Of a DNA stretch of 64,000 nucleotides, positions 28,618 to 38,137 are shown in pieces. The notes below the pieces were generated by a model. That model saw only the letters and a list, made by a program, of their open reading frames with translations, did no database searches and was not told where the DNA came from. The position numbers were made by a program, and so were the translations under genes. The first letter of the stretch is position 1. Each line of letters starts with the position of its first letter. Source of the DNA: an uncultured Lachnospiraceae bacterium (GTDB lineage Bacteria; Bacillota; Clostridia; Oscillospirales; CAG-272). The DNA lies in contig CAZFTE010000004.1 of NCBI GenBank assembly GCA_964521785.1, positions 9,724 through 73,723 of the forward strand, given 5' to 3'.

Positions 28618-30276
28618 TCATTCTTTTTCCCAAGAAATAACGGAACGTATACCGCTGTTTTCCGTTTCCGCAAAGGACACTTTCAATCTATCTCCTGTGC
28701 GAATGAACAATGCGCTTTCGTTATCCGAGATATTGATGCGGTAATAATTGCCGTCGTCGCCGAGAAGATACCATTGCGAATTGCCGTCGATGACGAGTTT
28801 TTCTATCTCTTTTACGATGATGTTCGCGTTGTCTTTCTCCGGTTCCGTGCCTTCGATGCCGTTCTGCGCGAGCAATTTGCGGTAAGTGCTGAGTACCTGA
28901 GCTTGCGTTTCGCCTGTGGCAACGATGCTGTATTGTTCAACGTTTACCAAAGAGTACAGCTTGACAAGACCGCTGTCGTCTTTCAATACCATGATATAAG
29001 TTGCCTTGCCCGAAACGTTTATCAATGCGGGGAAAGAAGCTTTATATCCCTTTTCTTGGACTTCGCCTTCGGCTGCGCTCATTGCGGAGTGTTCTTCCGC
29101 TCCGACAACGGAATAATATTTATATTCCCCTGTTCTTGCATTGGAGAGGATAAAGCCGATGTTGGAAGCGTCGTTTGTAACCGACGTTACGCCTGTATAG
29201 TACCAAACGTCATCGTCGTGCATAAGATAGCCGAAATCGTCCGTCGTCTGTTTGCAACCTTTGTTGCCGATGACGCTGTTCCAAAAGCCCCCTGAAAGCG
29301 TGCCGTGCCAGTTATACTTCGTTTCGGCGAGGTCGCCGTCGTAAACGATATCGACCCAACGAGGAATCTCGCCTTTCGCGTATCTTTCGGAAAAACCGTC
29401 GCAGGGATTGAAGATTATCACTTCGTCAACGTCATATGCGCCGAACATACCCACGCGGGGCTTCATGCAAGAAACGATGAAGAATGGGTCTCCGTTCTCA
29501 TCTATCTCAAATACCACATTGCCGAATATCTTTGTGGGATAGGAGAAGCGGAGCTTTCTGTAAAGGTCTTCGCCGAAGTATGCGCTGTTCACGTACTTGA
29601 GCGGCGATGATAGCTTTTTATAATCGGCGGTATTGCCTACTGGGTCTACCATGATATAGCCCGGAACGCCGTCGGCTCTGTTGCCGAGCCATTTGAAAAA
29701 GCCGTCGTATTCGAGGTTTGACACCTTTTTGGGATAACCCTGATAGTTTATCTGCGTATACGAACCGCTTGAAACATACTGCGAAACGACATCTGAAAGG
29801 GAACCGAGCGCACGGTTTCCGATTATCGTTGCGGATTCGGAGTCCATGAGCGCGATATTGGTGATGTTTTCAGTTTCGGGCATATCTGTCGCGAAATCCG
29901 CATCGTTTACAGTGATGATATTTGCGTATCTCTGCGCGTTGAAGAAAGTAAGGGAGGATATCTCGCCTATCAAAACTATAACTATCGGAAGGAATACGGC
30001 ACACATTGCCGCTTTTACGCCGACGGAAGTCTTTTTGCCTGTTCTTTTAACGGATATATTCATTTTGTTTGCCGTATATTGAACGTTATAAGCATTTTTA
30101 AAAGAAGAGATGCAGAAAGGGATAGTATATATCGCCAATGCTACGGCAAGAAATATCCAAAAACCTGCATAAAGCGGATTTATCGGCGGAAGAAATATAT
30201 AGAAGAGTGCAAAAACGATGATTGAGCTGAACAACAGCTTCAATACCACGGAAAGTGCCATATTGTTTTTCTTCAT
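28618..30276 (-). CDS. membrane-anchored protein with large extracytoplasmic domain, function unknown
   Basis: 552 aa with three N-terminal hydrophobic segments followed by about 440 aa of soluble sequence. SD GAGGTG. No family recognised. Confidence 0.6.
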   Translation of the reverse strand: MKKNNMALSVVLKLLFSSIIVFALFYIFLPPINPLYAGFWIFLAVALAIYTIPFCISSFKNAYNVQYTANKMNISVKRTGKKTSVGVKAAMCAVFLPIVIVLIGEISSLTFFNAQRYANIITVNDADFATDMPETENITNIALMDSESATIIGNRALGSLSDVVSQYVSSGSYTQINYQGYPKKVSNLEYDGFFKWLGNRADGVPGYIMVDPVGNTADYKKLSSPLKYVNSAYFGEDLYRKLRFSYPTKIFGNVVFEIDENGDPFFIVSCMKPRVGMFGAYDVDEVIIFNPCDGFSERYAKGEIPRWVDIVYDGDLAETKYNWHGTLSGGFWNSVIGNKGCKQTTDDFGYLMHDDDVWYYTGVTSVTNDASNIGFILSNARTGEYKYYSVVGAEEHSAMSAAEGEVQEKGYKASFPALINVSGKATYIMVLKDDSGLVKLYSLVNVEQYSIVATGETQAQVLSTYRKLLAQNGIEGTEPEKDNANIIVKEIEKLVIDGNSQWYLLGDDGNYYRINISDNESALFIRTGDRLKVSFAETENSGIRSVISWEKE

Positions 30277-30307
30277 TGATATATCACCTCGTTATCGAGT
30301 GTAAGAT

Positions 30308-31717
30308 CTATTTTAATTTGTCTTTTTTCTTTACGACATATGCGTTCGTCTCTTTTGCTACAACGCTTGAAAGAGCTATGAGAGCGATGATGTTGGGAAG
30401 CGCCATAAGACCGTTGAAGATATCCGCGATATTCCAAACGGCGGAGACCGTGAGGTACGGTCCGATGAGAACTGCAACGATGTAAAGTATACGATAGACC
30501 AATCTCAAGGATCTCTTGTTGCCCGAAAGGTAATCGAGACATTTTTCGCCGTAGAAGTCCCAACCGAGTATCGTTGTGAATGCGAAGAATACAAGGCAAA
30601 GAGCGAGTATCGCATAAGAAACTATCTGAGGGAAAGGAAGTCCTTGGCTGAATGCGTGCATAGTGATGGAAACGCCTTCAAGACCGATATTCCAAGAACC
30701 GCTGATGACTATTGCAAGACCTGTAAGCGTGCAAATGATGATTGTATCGATAAATGTGCCTGTCATTGTAACGAGAACCTGACGTACCGCGTCGTTGGAA
30801 CGAGCGGAAGCAGTTGCGATGGGCGCGGAACCGAGACCCGATTCATTGGAGAAGATGCCGCGCGCAACACCCTTCTGCATTGCAACGAACATACTGCCGA
30901 TGGCGCCGCCCGCAACCGCGCGGGGATTGAACGCGCCGACGATTATCTGATGGAACGCGCCGGGTATCTTCGTTATGTTGCAGATAATAAGAATGACGAC
31001 GGTCAAAGCATAAAGTATAGCCATAAAGGGAACGATGATCGTTGCAACAGAGGATATTCTCTGAATACCGCCGATGATAACGAATGCCGCCGCGATCGTT
31101 ACGACAGCGCCGCCGATGACCACAGCCCAAGAATAAGATGTATTGCCGATGGTGAACGCTATATGTTCATTATTGGGGTCGAAAAGATTCTTAACGGATT
31201 CGGAAATGCTGTTTACCTGCGCGAAAGTGCCGATACCCATAAGACCGACGAATGCGCCGAAGATGGCGAACAATTTTGCGAGTCATTTCCATTTGCGACC
31301 CATGCCTTTTTCTATATAGTAGAAAGGACCGCCCAAGGGTGTGCCGTTTTCGTCAAATTCGCGATACTTGATGGCAAGGAAGCCCTCGGCATATTTTGTC
31401 GCCATGCCGAAGAATGCCGCAACGAGCATCCAGAACAGAGCGCCGGGACCACCGCTGTATATGGCTGTCGCAACGCCGACGATGTTGCCCGTGCCTATCG
31501 TTGCGGAGAGCGAAACGCAAAGCGCCGCGAAGCTCGATACTTCTCCTTTTCCGCCTTCTTCACTCTGCACCATGAACTTCAATGAGTTCTTGAGATGGCG
31601 CACTTGTACGAAGTGTGTGCGAATGGAGAGGTAGATGCCCGCGACGATGATAAGCACGATGAGCGGTATGCCCCAAACAAAATCAGAAATGCTTTTGGTA
31701 ATTTGTTCAAAATTCAT
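30308..31717 (-). pseudogene. alanine/glycine:cation symporter (AGCS family) interrupted by one in-frame TGA
   Basis: Track ORFs 31283..31822 and 30308..31273 are the N- and C-terminal parts of one AGCS transporter. The minus strand across the junction reads GMGRKWK-TGA(31285-31283)-LAKLFAIFGAFVG in one frame. ATG at 31717 with a GGGGGA SD. Confidence 0.8.
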
Positions 31718-32065
31718 AATGATTCCCCCAAACCAGCGTAGCATAAATCCTATTTTGGAAATTTGCAAATATTTTTTGCAGATTTCTGTTGAAATAATCT
31801 TCGAAAAGGGATATAATGTCAACTGTGATTTATTTTTTTAGATAAAAAAAGTATATCATAAATACATTTTTATTTCAACCGAAAAAACGTTTTTTGATTT
31901 TTTTTGGCGTTAGGTACAAAAAACGAGTTTTTGTTTTATAGCAGTTTTGCATGTCAAAGACAGTTTTTAAAAAGTGTCTGCGATTCGCGGACATCTGTGT
32001 GCATTATATGGACAGCGCTTTTGCTTTTTCTAAGGTCGGATATCTAAGACGCGGTTTCGGAATGT

Positions 32066-32094
32066 AATAAAAAAGTCGGCTTTGAAGCCGACTG
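32066..32094 (-). terminator. orphan intrinsic terminator
   Basis: The minus strand reads AGTCGGC-TTCAAA-GCCGACT followed by TTTTTTA. It lies about 90 nt downstream of the tRNA terminator. Confidence 0.5.
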
Positions 32095-32185
32095 AAAAAT
32101 GATGGTCTATGTTAAATAAAAAACGAATATTTGCTCGGAAGCAGGAAGCAGAGTATATTTTGCATAATATATCTCGCGAAAAACA

Positions 32186-32216
32186 AAAAAACAGTTCGGA
32201 AGAACCGAACTGTTTA
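32186..32216 (-). terminator. intrinsic terminator of tRNA-Thr
   Basis: The minus strand reads ACAGTTCGG-TTCTT-CCGAACTGT followed by TTTTTTTG, immediately 3' of the tRNA. Confidence 0.75.
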
Positions 32217-32217
32217 A

Positions 32218-32293
32218 TGGAGCTGGTGATGTGACTTGAACACACGACCTGCTGATTACGAATCAGCTGCACTACCGACTGTGCTACACCAGC
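32218..32293 (-). tRNA. tRNA-Thr (anticodon CGU)
   Basis: Hand-folded cloverleaf. Acceptor GCTGGTG/CACCAGC, D arm GCAC/GTGC, anticodon stem GCTGA/TCAGC with loop TTCGTAA, T arm GTGTG-TTCAAGT-CACAT, and an encoded CCA. 76 nt. Confidence 0.9.
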
Positions 32294-32391
32294 AAACTTC
32301 TTACCGAAGCAAGTAATATTATACCATACGGTTTAATATTTGTCAACAACATTTTGCAAAAAAAATAAAAATATTAAAAAGGGTAAAAATT

Positions 32392-33246
32392 ATGAAGCTT
32401 ACAGATATGTCATACGCGCACGAAGTCATGGCGCGCCACGGTATAGCGCCGAAAAAGAAATTCGGACAGAACTTTTTGACGTCGGACACGGTAGTCTCCA
32501 GAATAGCCGACACGCCCTCCGAAGATTCGGAAGTGGGCGTTCTCGAGATCGGACCTGGCATAGGCACTCTTACGGAGGCTCTTGCCGACAGATACAAAAA
32601 AGTGGTTTCCGTAGAGATAGACGAGACTCTTTTGCCGGTGCTTGAAGAGACAGTCGGCTGGAGAGACAATGTTACTGTCGTCAATGCGGACGCGATGAAG
32701 CTCGATTTTGATGAGTTCGTCAAAGAACATTTCGGAGATATGAAAGTGTGCGTTTGTGCAAATCTGCCATATTATATAACATCACCGATAATAATGAAGA
32801 TATTGGAATCGGGCTATCTTTTTGAATCCGTTACGGTGATGATACAAAAAGAAGTTGCGGAAAGACTTGCCGCGGAAGCGGGTAACAACGATTACGGTGC
32901 GATAACCGTTGTTGCGGCTTATCTTGCAAAGGTCGAAAAATGCTTTAACGTTGCGCCAGGTAACTTTTTGCCTGCACCGAAGGTAACGTCCGCTGTTATT
33001 CGCATGGTTCCGTATAAAGAGCCTCCCGTTGCCGTAAAAGACCCCGAAAATATGCAGAAGATAATCAAAGCGGCATTCGAACAGCGCCGAAAGATGCTCG
33101 CGGGAGCTATTTCCGCGGCAACTTGTCGCGTGAGCAAGGCACAAATATCCGAAAAGATAGTCGAAGCGGGATTGCCTGCCGATATTCGAGGCGAAAAGCT
33201 CTCTTTGGCTGATTTTGCGCGCCTTTCCGATCTGCTCGAAATATAG
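32392..33246 (+). CDS. rsmA: 16S rRNA (adenine1518/1519-N6)-dimethyltransferase
   Basis: 284 aa. KKKFGQNFL...VLEIGPGIGTLT...ANLPYYITSPI are KsgA signatures. Confidence 0.93.
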   Translation: MKLTDMSYAHEVMARHGIAPKKKFGQNFLTSDTVVSRIADTPSEDSEVGVLEIGPGIGTLTEALADRYKKVVSVEIDETLLPVLEETVGWRDNVTVVNADAMKLDFDEFVKEHFGDMKVCVCANLPYYITSPIIMKILESGYLFESVTVMIQKEVAERLAAEAGNNDYGAITVVAAYLAKVEKCFNVAPGNFLPAPKVTSAVIRMVPYKEPPVAVKDPENMQKIIKAAFEQRRKMLAGAISAATCRVSKAQISEKIVEAGLPADIRGEKLSLADFARLSDLLEI

Positions 33247-33256
33247 GAGTTCGTAC

Positions 33257-34645
33257 ATGAACAACAAAACAGACAAATTTTCCGAATATATAAATAAGAA
33301 AAAAGTCGCGCTCATCGGTGCGGGAGTGAGCAATATGGCGGCGGCAAAGTTCTTGCTCTCCAAGGGCGCTTTGCTCTCCGTGCGCGATAAACAGGAGAAC
33401 GAAGAAAAAAGAAAGCAGCTTATCTCTTTGGGCGCGGAAGCGGTATTCGGCGAAGACTATTTAAAAGATATAGATGCGGATATCATTTTTCGCTCACCCG
33501 GTATACGTCCCGATATCCCCGAGATAGTCGAGGCGAAACAGCACGGAGCGATAGTAACCTCGGAAATGGAAGTTTTCCTCAATATCTGCCCCGCAAAGAT
33601 ATATGCCGTTACGGGAAGCGATGGCAAGACGACGACAACTACGTTGGTCTCCGAGATGCTTAAAGCAAGCTGTGCTTCTCGCGGAAGCGGCAAAGTCTAC
33701 ATCGGCGGAAATATAGGCACACCGCTCTTGCCGTTCGTTTGCGAGATGACCGAGAACGATCACGCTGTTGTGGAGCTTTCCAGCTTCCAACTTTTTGACA
33801 TGGACGCACATATCGACAGCGCGATAATAACGAATATAACACCGAACCATCTCAACTGGCATATTGACATGGAGGAATATATTCGCGCGAAAGTTCGAAT
33901 ATTCAAAAATCACGCAAAAAACGACAGACTTGTTTTGAATTTCGAAAACGATATCACACGTTCGTTCTCCGATGAGTCCGACGCGGACATCACGCTCTTT
34001 TCTTCCAAACGCAGTATAAGCGGCAAGAAAAGTATATTCCTTGACGGCGACGAGATAGTCTACTGCGACGGAGAAAGATGTTTTGACGTTATGTCGCGTT
34101 CCGATATAAAGATACCCGGCATACACAATGTCGAAAATTATATGGCGGCTTGCGCGGCTCTTTGGGGCGAAGTGAGCGTTGACGATATGAAAAAAGTAGC
34201 GCGTAACTTCGGCGGTGTGGAACACAGGATAGAGTTCACAGCCGAAAAAGACGGCGTGAGATATTACAACAGTTCTATCGATACAAGCCCCACGCGCACG
34301 GCGGCGGCGCTCAATGCGTTCGACGAAAAGCTTATAGTCATCGTCGGCGGTTACGATAAAAAGATACCGCTCGAACCGCTCGCTCCGCTTTTGAGTGAAC
34401 ATGCAAAATTCGTGAGCGCTACGGGCGCTACGGGCGAAAGGATAATGAATATCTTGCTCGAAGTGGGATATCCGAAAGACAGAGTGGTATACAACAAGAG
34501 CTTTGACGATGCGTTCTCTGCGGCGCTCAACGCCGCAAAGCGCGGAGATATCGTGATACTTTCCCCTGCTTGTGCCAGCTTCGATGCATTTAAAAGCTTT
34601 GAAGAACGCGGAGTTTACTTCAAAGGGCTTGTAAACTCGCTTTGA
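33257..34645 (+). CDS. murD: UDP-N-acetylmuramoylalanine--D-glutamate ligase
   Basis: Start at ATG 33257 (AGGAG SD). It has an N-terminal Rossmann motif (VALIGAGVSNMA), the Mur ligase P-loop VTGSDGKTTTT and MurD-like length (462 aa). Confidence 0.85.
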   Translation: MNNKTDKFSEYINKKKVALIGAGVSNMAAAKFLLSKGALLSVRDKQENEEKRKQLISLGAEAVFGEDYLKDIDADIIFRSPGIRPDIPEIVEAKQHGAIVTSEMEVFLNICPAKIYAVTGSDGKTTTTTLVSEMLKASCASRGSGKVYIGGNIGTPLLPFVCEMTENDHAVVELSSFQLFDMDAHIDSAIITNITPNHLNWHIDMEEYIRAKVRIFKNHAKNDRLVLNFENDITRSFSDESDADITLFSSKRSISGKKSIFLDGDEIVYCDGERCFDVMSRSDIKIPGIHNVENYMAACAALWGEVSVDDMKKVARNFGGVEHRIEFTAEKDGVRYYNSSIDTSPTRTAAALNAFDEKLIVIVGGYDKKIPLEPLAPLLSEHAKFVSATGATGERIMNILLEVGYPKDRVVYNKSFDDAFSAALNAAKRGDIVILSPACASFDAFKSFEERGVYFKGLVNSL

Positions 34646-34702
34646 TAGTTGTATTATATTTATATATGAAAAAATAAAAATAATGTTTAAGAGGAAAAAA
34701 TA

Positions 34703-35953
34703 ATGGAATTTTCACAGAGAATACTTGATATCGCAAAACAGGCGGAGAAAGATCTCGCCGATATTTTTGCGGAGATAGACGATATTTCGTATAAGAATAC
34801 GGCACGTGTGCTTGACTCGTTCCGCAAACATCGCATATCCGAGGCGATGCTCTACGGCTCCACGGGCTACGGCTACGGTGATGCGGGCAGAGATGCGCTC
34901 GATCTTGTTTATGCCGATGTTTTCGGCGCGGAAGCGGCTTTCGTTCGCCACAATATAGTAAACGGTACGCAAGCGATAGCTATCGGTCTTTACGGTTTGC
35001 TTCGCCCCGGCGACGTTATGCTCTCCATAACGGGCAGACCTTACGATACTCTTTCCGAGGTCATCGGCGACAAAACGAAGAACGGAGACGGTTCTCTTGC
35101 CGATTTCGGCGTCATCTATGACGAAGTTGAACTCAAGGACGGCGAACTGGATTACGAAAATATAGCGAAAAAGATAGAAAAATGGGGCGACAAACTTAAA
35201 GTAGTATATATCCAGCGCTCCAAGGGATACGCTACGCGCCCCACATTCTCCGCAAAGAAGATAGGCGAGATGATAAAATTCTCCAAAGAGAAAACGAATG
35301 CTTATGTTGCGGTAGATAACTGCTACGGCGAATTTTGCGACACGGAAGAGCCGACGGCTTACGGTGCGGATCTTATCATGGGTTCACTCATTAAAAACCC
35401 CGGCGGCGGTCTTGCGGAATCGGGCGGTTATATCGCGGGTACGAAACGCGCGGTAGAGCTTGCTTCTTATCGTCTTACGACTGTTGGTATAGGTTGCGAA
35501 GCGGGCGCTACGACAGGACAGCTCCGCAATATGTTCAAGGGCTTCTTCTTTGCTCCGCACGTTGTTGCTCAGGCTGTCAAAACGGCTGTATTCGCCGCTT
35601 ACGTTTATGATGCGCTCGGATTTGAAGTATACCCCGATTGGAGAGAAGCAAGACACGATATCGTTCAGACGGTGAAATGCGGTTCTCCCGAAAAGCTCAT
35701 CGCTTTCTGCCGCGGTATACAGGCGGCTTCGCCTATCGATTCGTTCGTAGCTCCCGAACCTTGGGGAATGCCCGGATACGAAGACGAAGTTATCATGGCG
35801 GCGGGCGCGTTCACGCAGGGTTCGTCCATCGAGCTTTCCGCAGACGGTCCTTTGCGCGCTCCGTACACGGCATATTTCCAGGGCGGTCTTACATATGAGA
35901 GCGGCAAATATGCCGTTATGATGTCCGCGGACGAGATGCTCAAGGCAGAATAA
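34703..35953 (+). CDS. PLP-dependent methionine gamma-lyase family protein (YnbB / aluminium-resistance type)
   Basis: 416 aa. STGYGYGDAGRDALD...VNGTQAIA... is typical of this family. Confidence 0.78.
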   Translation: MEFSQRILDIAKQAEKDLADIFAEIDDISYKNTARVLDSFRKHRISEAMLYGSTGYGYGDAGRDALDLVYADVFGAEAAFVRHNIVNGTQAIAIGLYGLLRPGDVMLSITGRPYDTLSEVIGDKTKNGDGSLADFGVIYDEVELKDGELDYENIAKKIEKWGDKLKVVYIQRSKGYATRPTFSAKKIGEMIKFSKEKTNAYVAVDNCYGEFCDTEEPTAYGADLIMGSLIKNPGGGLAESGGYIAGTKRAVELASYRLTTVGIGCEAGATTGQLRNMFKGFFFAPHVVAQAVKTAVFAAYVYDALGFEVYPDWREARHDIVQTVKCGSPEKLIAFCRGIQAASPIDSFVAPEPWGMPGYEDEVIMAAGAFTQGSSIELSADGPLRAPYTAYFQGGLTYESGKYAVMMSADEMLKAE

Positions 35954-35969
35954 AACGGAATAAAGTCAA

Positions 35970-35999
35970 AAACGCACGATGTTTTTCGTGCGTTTTTTG
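35970..35999 (+). terminator. rho-independent terminator
   Basis: ACGCACGA-TGTTTT-TCGTGCGT followed by TTTTTTG. Confidence 0.8.
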
Positions 36000-36088
36000 T
36001 TTTACGTCCTCTTATTGCGACAAAAAAATCGACCGTGTGAGGTTATAATTTTATCACGGCAAAAATAACGGCGAGAGAGGTTGTTGCG

Positions 36089-36946
36089 ATGACCGAGGAT
36101 ATTTACGGAGATATTCTTTTTATTATAAATTTCAGTATGGATTTTTTGGATCTCTTTATATGCGGAAAGATAATGCACTTCAACATGAGGACGTATCGCA
36201 TGGTATGCGGTGCCGCGATAGGCGGCATATACGGCGTAGCATCATTGTTTTTCGAGATTTCGCCGATGTTGGAGACGATAGCGGATATCGCGGCGGCATT
36301 TGCGATGTGTTTCGTTGCACATCATGCGAAGAATATAAGAAAGACTTTTTGCACTACGGTGATGTTTTATGCGGTGTCTATGCTCTTGGGCGGTGCCATG
36401 ACAGCGATATATGCAAAACTCGGCAGATACAGCGCATATATCGAGATTGGTGGAAGCATATTGACCGTATTCGGCGAGATAGAACTTTGGGTGTTCGCGA
36501 TATTGGCTTTGGTGTCTGCGCTGATAACTTATTTTTTGCAAAAAGCCATGCACGGCAGAATGACGAGAAGATATTGTCGCTTGCGCGTAACGTTTTTTGG
36601 AGATACATATGAATTTTCGGGATTTTTTGATTCGGGAAACTGCGCGGAAGAGCCGATATCGGGCAGACCGATAGTTTTCATCAGCGCTTCTGCGTTGCGC
36701 GAAGCCAAAGCCGACGAACTTTTGGCTCGTTGCTTGCGGAAGGGCGCAAATGATATCGAAAAAGATGTCAGGTTCGTGCCGATCAATACGGTTTCGGGAT
36801 ATTCGCTCATCGCGGCAGTCAGAGCGGACAGATTCGAGATAAGCTCGAAAGATGATTTCGAAGAGCGAGATGTCCTGTTGGCTTGCGATGAGGCGGCAGA
36901 GGATTATTCGGGGGCGCAAGCTCTTGTACCGATTTCCGTTTTGTAA
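36089..36946 (+). CDS. spoIIGA: sigma-E processing peptidase SpoIIGA
   Basis: 285 aa with N-terminal TM segments, the FFDSGN aspartic protease motif, and a position immediately upstream of sigE. Confidence 0.88.
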   Translation: MTEDIYGDILFIINFSMDFLDLFICGKIMHFNMRTYRMVCGAAIGGIYGVASLFFEISPMLETIADIAAAFAMCFVAHHAKNIRKTFCTTVMFYAVSMLLGGAMTAIYAKLGRYSAYIEIGGSILTVFGEIELWVFAILALVSALITYFLQKAMHGRMTRRYCRLRVTFFGDTYEFSGFFDSGNCAEEPISGRPIVFISASALREAKADELLARCLRKGANDIEKDVRFVPINTVSGYSLIAAVRADRFEISSKDDFEERDVLLACDEAAEDYSGAQALVPISVL

Positions 36947-36980
36947 GTAAATTCGTAATTTATAAATAAGGAGAAAAAAG

Positions 36981-37688
36981 ATGATATTCAAAAAACTCAA
37001 AACAAAATTTAACGCTTTGCTTGTAAAGCTTTGTTTGGTCAAGGGCGTTCACTATATCAACACTGTGGAAACGCTTCCGCCGCCTATGAGCGCGCAAGAG
37101 GAGAACGACACCATATCCCGTCTTGACGATGACCCAAACTTGCGAAAACAACTCGTCGAGCGCAATCTGCGCCTTGTGGTGTACATAGCGAAAAAATTCG
37201 AGAACACGGGAATAAACATAGAGGACCTTATATCCATAGGAACCATAGGCTTGATAAAGGCTGCCAATACGTTCCGCGCGGATAAGAATATAAAGCTCGC
37301 AACATATGCTTCGCGGTGTATAGAAAACGAGATACTTATGTATATCAGAAAAACGAGCGGACAACGCAAGGAACTTTCGATAGACGAGCCGCTCAATATA
37401 GATCGCGACGGAAACGAACTTTTGCTATCCGACGTATTGGGGAGCGATGAAGATACCGTAAGCGCGGGGATAGAGAGCGCGGAAGAAAAACGAGTGATAA
37501 TGGACGCGGTGAATGCGCTCGCTCCCCGCGAAAGGGAGATAATCGAGCTTAGATTCGGACTTAACGGCCGTCAAGAACTTACGCAAAAAGAGACGGCGAA
37601 GGCTCTGGGCATATCTCAATCGTACATTTCAAGGCTCGAAAAGAAGATAATAGAGCGTCTTAAACAAGAAATATCGGGCAAAATTTAA
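36981..37688 (+). CDS. sigE: sporulation sigma factor SigE (pro-sigma-E)
   Basis: 235 aa with a pro-sequence then LPPPMS...[37 protein letters not shown], plus region 4 ...[10 protein letters not shown]. Confidence 0.92.
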   Translation: MIFKKLKTKFNALLVKLCLVKGVHYINTVETLPPPMSAQEENDTISRLDDDPNLRKQLVERNLRLVVYIAKKFENTGINIEDLISIGTIGLIKAANTFRADKNIKLATYASRCIENEILMYIRKTSGQRKELSIDEPLNIDRDGNELLLSDVLGSDEDTVSAGIESAEEKRVIMDAVNALAPREREIIELRFGLNGRQELTQKETAKALGISQSYISRLEKKIIERLKQEISGKI

Positions 37689-37727
37689 AAAAATCGTTAG
37701 GTTTTTAAATATTTTTTCAAAAAACTC

Positions 37728-37755
37728 TTGCAAAAATAAAAAAACATGATATAAT
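37728..37755 (+). promoter_or_regulatory. sigma-A type promoter of rpmE
   Basis: TTGCAA, a 16-nt spacer, then TGaTATAAT extended -10. Confidence 0.6.
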
Positions 37756-37793
37756 ATAGCATATGTGAATATGTTTAAGTGAGGTGCTAAACA

Positions 37794-37997
37794 ATGAAAG
37801 AAGGAATCCATCCTAACTACGTTGACGCGAAAATCGTTTGCGCTTGCGGCGAAGTTATAAATACAAAATCGACAAAAGGCGATTTTCATGTCGAAGTTTG
37901 TTCCAAATGTCATCCGTTCTTCACCGGCAAGCAGAAATTCGTTGATGCCGGCGGTCGTGTTGACAAGTTCAAAAAACGTCTTGAAAGCAAGAAATAA
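37794..37997 (+). CDS. rpmE: 50S ribosomal protein L31 (Cys-containing zinc-ribbon type)
   Basis: 67 aa. MKEGIHPNY...CACGE...[13 protein letters not shown]. Confidence 0.95.
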   Translation: MKEGIHPNYVDAKIVCACGEVINTKSTKGDFHVEVCSKCHPFFTGKQKFVDAGGRVDKFKKRLESKK

Positions 37998-38137
37998 TTT
38001 TTTGACTTAATTTCAAAGTGAGCGCGAGAAGCGGAGGGCGACTCTGTTTTTCGCGCTCTTTCTCTTTGTACGCATGACTCTGCCGAGAGCGGTCAATATA
38101 ATATTACAAGATATATTTTATCGAAAGGTCGTTTTAT

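Noticed and set aside
31283-31285. TGA reassignment (Trp/Gly code) or selenocysteine as the explanation for the in-frame TGA in the symporter gene.
   Set aside because: TGA clearly terminates other genes in the window; for example glnA ends on TGA at 3376-3378 just upstream of a terminator, and the ORFs ending at 110 and 633 also stop on TGA. I see no SECIS-like hairpin immediately downstream. AGCS transporters are not known selenoproteins.
31718-32065. Possible glycine riboswitch upstream of the alanine/glycine symporter.
   Set aside because: The minus-strand leader lacks the conserved GGAGAG...CACCG...GGGCAA-type cores. The region is simply AT-rich with promoter-like hexamers.
32030-32272. 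80-aa minus-strand ORF.
   Set aside because: It overlaps the tRNA-Thr gene and two terminator hairpins, has no SD, and its sequence looks random.
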